NCBI GenBank assembly: GCA_043818275.1
Contig: JBDRFY010000033.1
Span: 1 to 18,976 of the forward strand
DNA length: 18,976 bases
Direction: 5' to 3'
DNA from: a bacterium
GTDB lineage: Bacteria > Babelota > Babeliae > Babelales > JAUWHS01
Every line of letters begins with the position of its first letter. Position 1 is the first letter of the stretch. The translations under genes and the position numbers were made by a program. Below are positions 16,358-18,976 of this stretch, in pieces. A model generated the notes under the pieces. The model worked only from the letters and a program-made list of their open reading frames with translations, had not been told where the DNA came from and made no database searches.

Positions 16358-16775
16358 ATTCATGCAAAATCACAGTTGTAAAAACATAATCACTTTCATG
16401 AGAAATTGAAACGTCTACAAAAATTTCGGGTAATTTATCTTCAATCTTTTGTTCGAATGATTTCCAGTCAACTTTCAATGTCGGCACGTCCCAGGTTGTT
16501 TTTGTAAATTCAATTAATTTACATGCAAACATAAACGAAAATTCATTTTTTGTTTTGTTCGATTTAACTAAAAAAGAACTGAACGCTTTAAAAAATGATT
16601 CTTTAACAGAAAAGCAAACGGCCAATCGCTGTAAAATTAAATTTTGATCAGAAAAACAATATTGCAATTCTTGTTCAGAATAAATTTTAAGTAATCGATT
16701 TTTTGAAAAATTTGGCCAATCTTTAAATCGATCAACCTTTGCAATATCACATCCAATTGTAAAAAACACTATCAA
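16356..16775 (-). CDS. acpS: Holo-[acyl-carrier-protein] synthase (4'-phosphopantetheinyl transferase)
   Basis: IGCDI, YSEQE..YC, FSVKESFFKA, P, VSISHE. Start is TTG 16775 or GTG 16769. Confidence 0.88.
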   Translation of the reverse strand: MIVFFTIGCDIAKVDRFKDWPNFSKNRLLKIYSEQELQYCFSDQNLILQRLAVCFSVKESFFKAFSSFLVKSNKTKNEFSFMFACKLIEFTKTTWDVPTLKVDWKSFEQKIEDKLPEIFVDVSISHESDYVFTTVILHE

Positions 16776-16819
16776 ACCTCATAATTATTTAAATCAATTT
16801 GAAAAATTCTATCATACAC

Positions 16820-16854
16820 AAAAAAAGGCCAACCTTAAATTCGGTTGACCTTTT
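16820..16854 (-). terminator. Intrinsic terminator after the 16879-17664 gene
   Basis: Minus strand AAAAGGTCAACC-loop-GGTTGGCC followed by T7. Confidence 0.75.
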
Positions 16855-16878
16855 AATTTGTTTAAAGTTTATGTTGAT

Positions 16879-17664
16879 TTAGTAAACAAAACTAACTACG
16901 TATTTTCCAGTGCTAACTACAGACCCAATTCCTAAACCTTTAATAAAGTTACTTAATCCAAATCTAGCTGCATCTATTCCATAAACATAAATAGCGGTAA
17001 ATGGATTATTAAAAATAGAACTCAATACACCAGTTATTAAACCAGCTTTGAATTTCAACATTATTGAATTAACAAGGAAACCCATAAACATAGCAAATTC
17101 TTTTAATGTATCGGCATTTTGCTCTAAACCTATTTTTGCATAAATAGATATGACACCTAATAAAGCAAATGTATTTTTAAAGAATGGCAAGAATAAGTAT
17201 CCCAATGTTGAGTCAACAATAGTATGACCAAAAACAGCTGTACTCGCACCATAAACTTGACCAGCAAGAAATACGTAAACTATAAGCATTCTAATAGAAA
17301 AAACTTCGTTATTTTTATTGGCAGCAAAAACCATAAAATCTTTAATTTTATTTAATGCAACTTTTGCAGATTTTTGAGAACCAATTTTAACTTTAGCCAA
17401 AACTTTCATTAATTTTTCATATTTAGTCAAAACTTCTTCTATATCTTTTTTATCGGATTCAGAAACTTTACCTGATTTTTCTTGCAATGATTTAATTACT
17501 TCATCATATCTTGTTAAAATTTGGGATAATTTTTCTTTATCTTGTTCTAATTGTTGTACTAAATTTTGAGATTTTTCTGTATCAGATCCATCTGCCCTAA
17601 CAAATGAAACATTACTGGTTAAAACCAAGGAAAAAAGAAAAAACGCTGACAGTAATTTTTTCAT
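16879..17664 (-). CDS. Hypothetical exported/membrane protein: signal peptide, coiled coil, hydrophobic C-terminal half
   Basis: GGGGG RBS; MKKLLSAFFLFSLVL...VRA signal; heptad-rich aa ~30-105; several hydrophobic Gly-rich segments afterwards. Confidence 0.8.
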   Translation of the reverse strand: MKKLLSAFFLFSLVLTSNVSFVRADGSDTEKSQNLVQQLEQDKEKLSQILTRYDEVIKSLQEKSGKVSESDKKDIEEVLTKYEKLMKVLAKVKIGSQKSAKVALNKIKDFMVFAANKNNEVFSIRMLIVYVFLAGQVYGASTAVFGHTIVDSTLGYLFLPFFKNTFALLGVISIYAKIGLEQNADTLKEFAMFMGFLVNSIMLKFKAGLITGVLSSIFNNPFTAIYVYGIDAARFGLSNFIKGLGIGSVVSTGKYVVSFVY

Positions 17665-17883
17665 GGAAAACCCCCATTAAAAATAGATATTAAACTAACT
17701 TACATCTTGATTTTATGGGATATAATTTAGTTTTTCAAAAGGGGAATAGCATAATTCGCTTATTTTTTGCGTTTTTTTGAAATTAAATGATTTTTTTGAT
17801 TCAAAGAGAAAATATTTTGTCACTGATAATTAAATGATTTATTATATCGAAACTCTTTTAAGGCAAATCCAAAGTATCATACA

Positions 17884-17919
17884 AAATAAATTCCCCTAAC
17901 TAATGTCAGGGGAATAAAA
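17884..17919 (-). terminator. Putative intrinsic terminator after the RING gene
   Basis: ATTCCCCT...AGGGGAAT stem followed on the minus strand by TTATTTT. Confidence 0.6.
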
Positions 17920-17942
17920 CACATTACAAATCTTAATTATTT

Positions 17943-18434
17943 TCAATTACTTTTTACTTGTACAACAACATTACTTATTTCAGCATTTAGTCTTCGACAT
18001 AAAGGACATGAATTATTTCGCTTAAGCCAATCATGAATGCAATTTCCACCACAAAAAATATGTCCACAATTTAGCCGACAAACATTTTCACCATCTTGAA
18101 ATTCATTGAAGCAAATAGTACATGCATCACCTTTATCAACTTCAACTAAATTAACTGTTTCGTTTTCAATAACAACGTCTTTTACAATATTTTTAGGTTT
18201 ATTAATATTTGAATTTAAAACAGGAAGCTTTTCCCTACCAAGAGAAAGAAGATATGTTATTTCGTTAACAACGGCGGTATAAAAAGAATCCTCTCTAATT
18301 TCTTCCTCACAACCAAACTTAGGCTCCCAATTTGCAGGCAAAGCAGTCAAAACATTTTTTTTAAAAAAAATAAGAGGAGTTCTATTATATTTATCCTGAA
18401 TAAAAGGATTTGCTCCTTGAGTTAAAAGAAATAA
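17943..18434 (-). pseudogene. 3' fragment of an ankyrin + RING-finger protein gene interrupted by IS200-like element
   Basis: RING CTIC-x14-CGHIFCGGNC..W...CPLC at 17997-18122. The frame stays open upstream of the track's TTG start and reads LFLLTQGANPFIQDKYNRTPL (ankyrin tail) up to the IS right end. Confidence 0.8.
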
Positions 18435-18478
18435 ATTTCGACGGCCTAAAGGCCGTGGTTTTTTAACGGAAAACTATT

Positions 18479-18868
18479 TTATTGATCTTTGATATATTTT
18501 TGTATTGCAGCCTCATTTATCTTTCCAACCGTTTCGGCAAAATATCCATCGGCCCAAAAACTATCCCCCCACAAAAATTCTTTTAATTCAGAAAATTCCT
18601 TTCTAAGAATCTTACTGCTGCCACCTTTCAAATATTGCACAACCTTACTCAAACTCATATCTGGCTTTATTTGTACCAGTATATGAATATGATCAAATTG
18701 AATATTTAACTCTTCTATCTTCCAAGAATTCAATTCTGCACATTCATACAGAAGTTCTTCTAATCTTATTGCAAGGCTTCCATTTAAAATTCTTTTTCGG
18801 TATTTTGGAACCCAAACTAAATGATATTTTAATTTATGTTTTGTATGTGCCCCTGTCCAATACATCAT
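18479..18868 (-). CDS. tnpA: IS200/IS605-family Y1 (HUH) transposase
   Basis: YHLVWVPKYR, HUH motif DHIH, LKGGSS, LWGDSFWADGYF, catalytic Tyr in IQKYIKDQ. Confidence 0.97.
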   Translation of the reverse strand: MMYWTGAHTKHKLKYHLVWVPKYRKRILNGSLAIRLEELLYECAELNSWKIEELNIQFDHIHILVQIKPDMSLSKVVQYLKGGSSKILRKEFSELKEFLWGDSFWADGYFAETVGKINEAAIQKYIKDQ

Positions 18869-18874
18869 AGCTGC

Positions 18875-18903
18875 AATATACTAAAATATCTCGAAGCTAA
18901 CAA
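18875..18903 (-). promoter_or_regulatory. Putative sigma70 promoter giving a leaderless tnpA transcript
   Basis: TTGTTA-17 nt-TATATT-6 nt-ATG. Confidence 0.5.
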
Positions 18904-18976
18904 ATTGGGTTTATTCAGATGAGCTTTCATCCCCAGGCTTTAAAGCCATGGGGTTTTCAGCTCATGTTAAATAAAA

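Larger units (their letters stand above)
18432..18965 (-). mobile_element. IS200/IS605-family element, tnpA-only (IS200-like), about 530 bp
   Basis: Left-end hairpin ATGAGCT..CCCCATGGCTTTAAAGCCTGGGG..AGCTCAT (18919-18965); right-end hairpin CACGGCCTTTAGGCCGT (about 18441-18457); single Y1 transposase; no tnpB. Ends uncertain by a few nt. Confidence 0.88.

Noticed and set aside
16600..16630. AcpS R-to-C change (LAVCFSVKES) and Pth RHT/KST variants as signs of pseudogenisation
   Set aside because: ORFs are full length with the other key residues retained; cannot be judged without ortholog alignments.
18354..18371. T8A8 palindrome as a phase-variation or frameshift site
   Set aside because: The frame is intact across it and homopolymer runs are common in this AT-rich sequence.
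18432..18478. tnpB or omegaRNA in the IS200/IS605 element
   Set aside because: Under 50 nt between the tnpA stop and the right end; no room for either.
48..18686. Short overlapping ORFs in the track (e.g. 48-257, 916-1131, 5681-6154, 8873-9205, 12916-13224, 14332-14700, 18489-18686)
   Set aside because: Antisense or out-of-frame shadows of well-supported genes, with no recognisable motifs or RBS.
18479..18868. TnpA as the mobiliser (RAYT) of the REP-like palindromes
   Set aside because: It has typical IS200 motifs and its own end hairpins, which do not resemble the palindrome family.

Overview
AT-rich, almost entirely minus-strand bacterial region. The mix of signal-peptide-bearing ankyrin, RING and low-complexity proteins with housekeeping genes suggests an intracellular parasite of protists, most plausibly Candidatus Babelota/Dependentiae (TM6); this is inference only. 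Housekeeping genes: uvrB, pth, prs, lpxD, ompH/skp, a HerA-like ATPase, a CapA-family metallophosphoesterase, an RRM RNA-binding protein and acpS. Interspersed are putative exported effectors: ankyrin proteins, a 750-aa protein with an NLS-like patch and an EndoU-like nuclease motif set, a Ser-rich protein with a DSGxxxS motif, a signal-peptide-bearing DHH phosphoesterase with a stand-alone paralog of its C-terminal domain, and an ankyrin-RING gene. Both window ends hold an insertion sequence interrupting an ankyrin gene (IS630-like end at left, tnpA-only IS200-like element at right). Two unannotated patterns stand out. First, an identical 83-bp RBS+signal-peptide cassette is fused to two unrelated passenger domains. 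Second, short REP/RPE-like palindromic elements occur between genes, nested in each other, and in-frame inside pth and prs.
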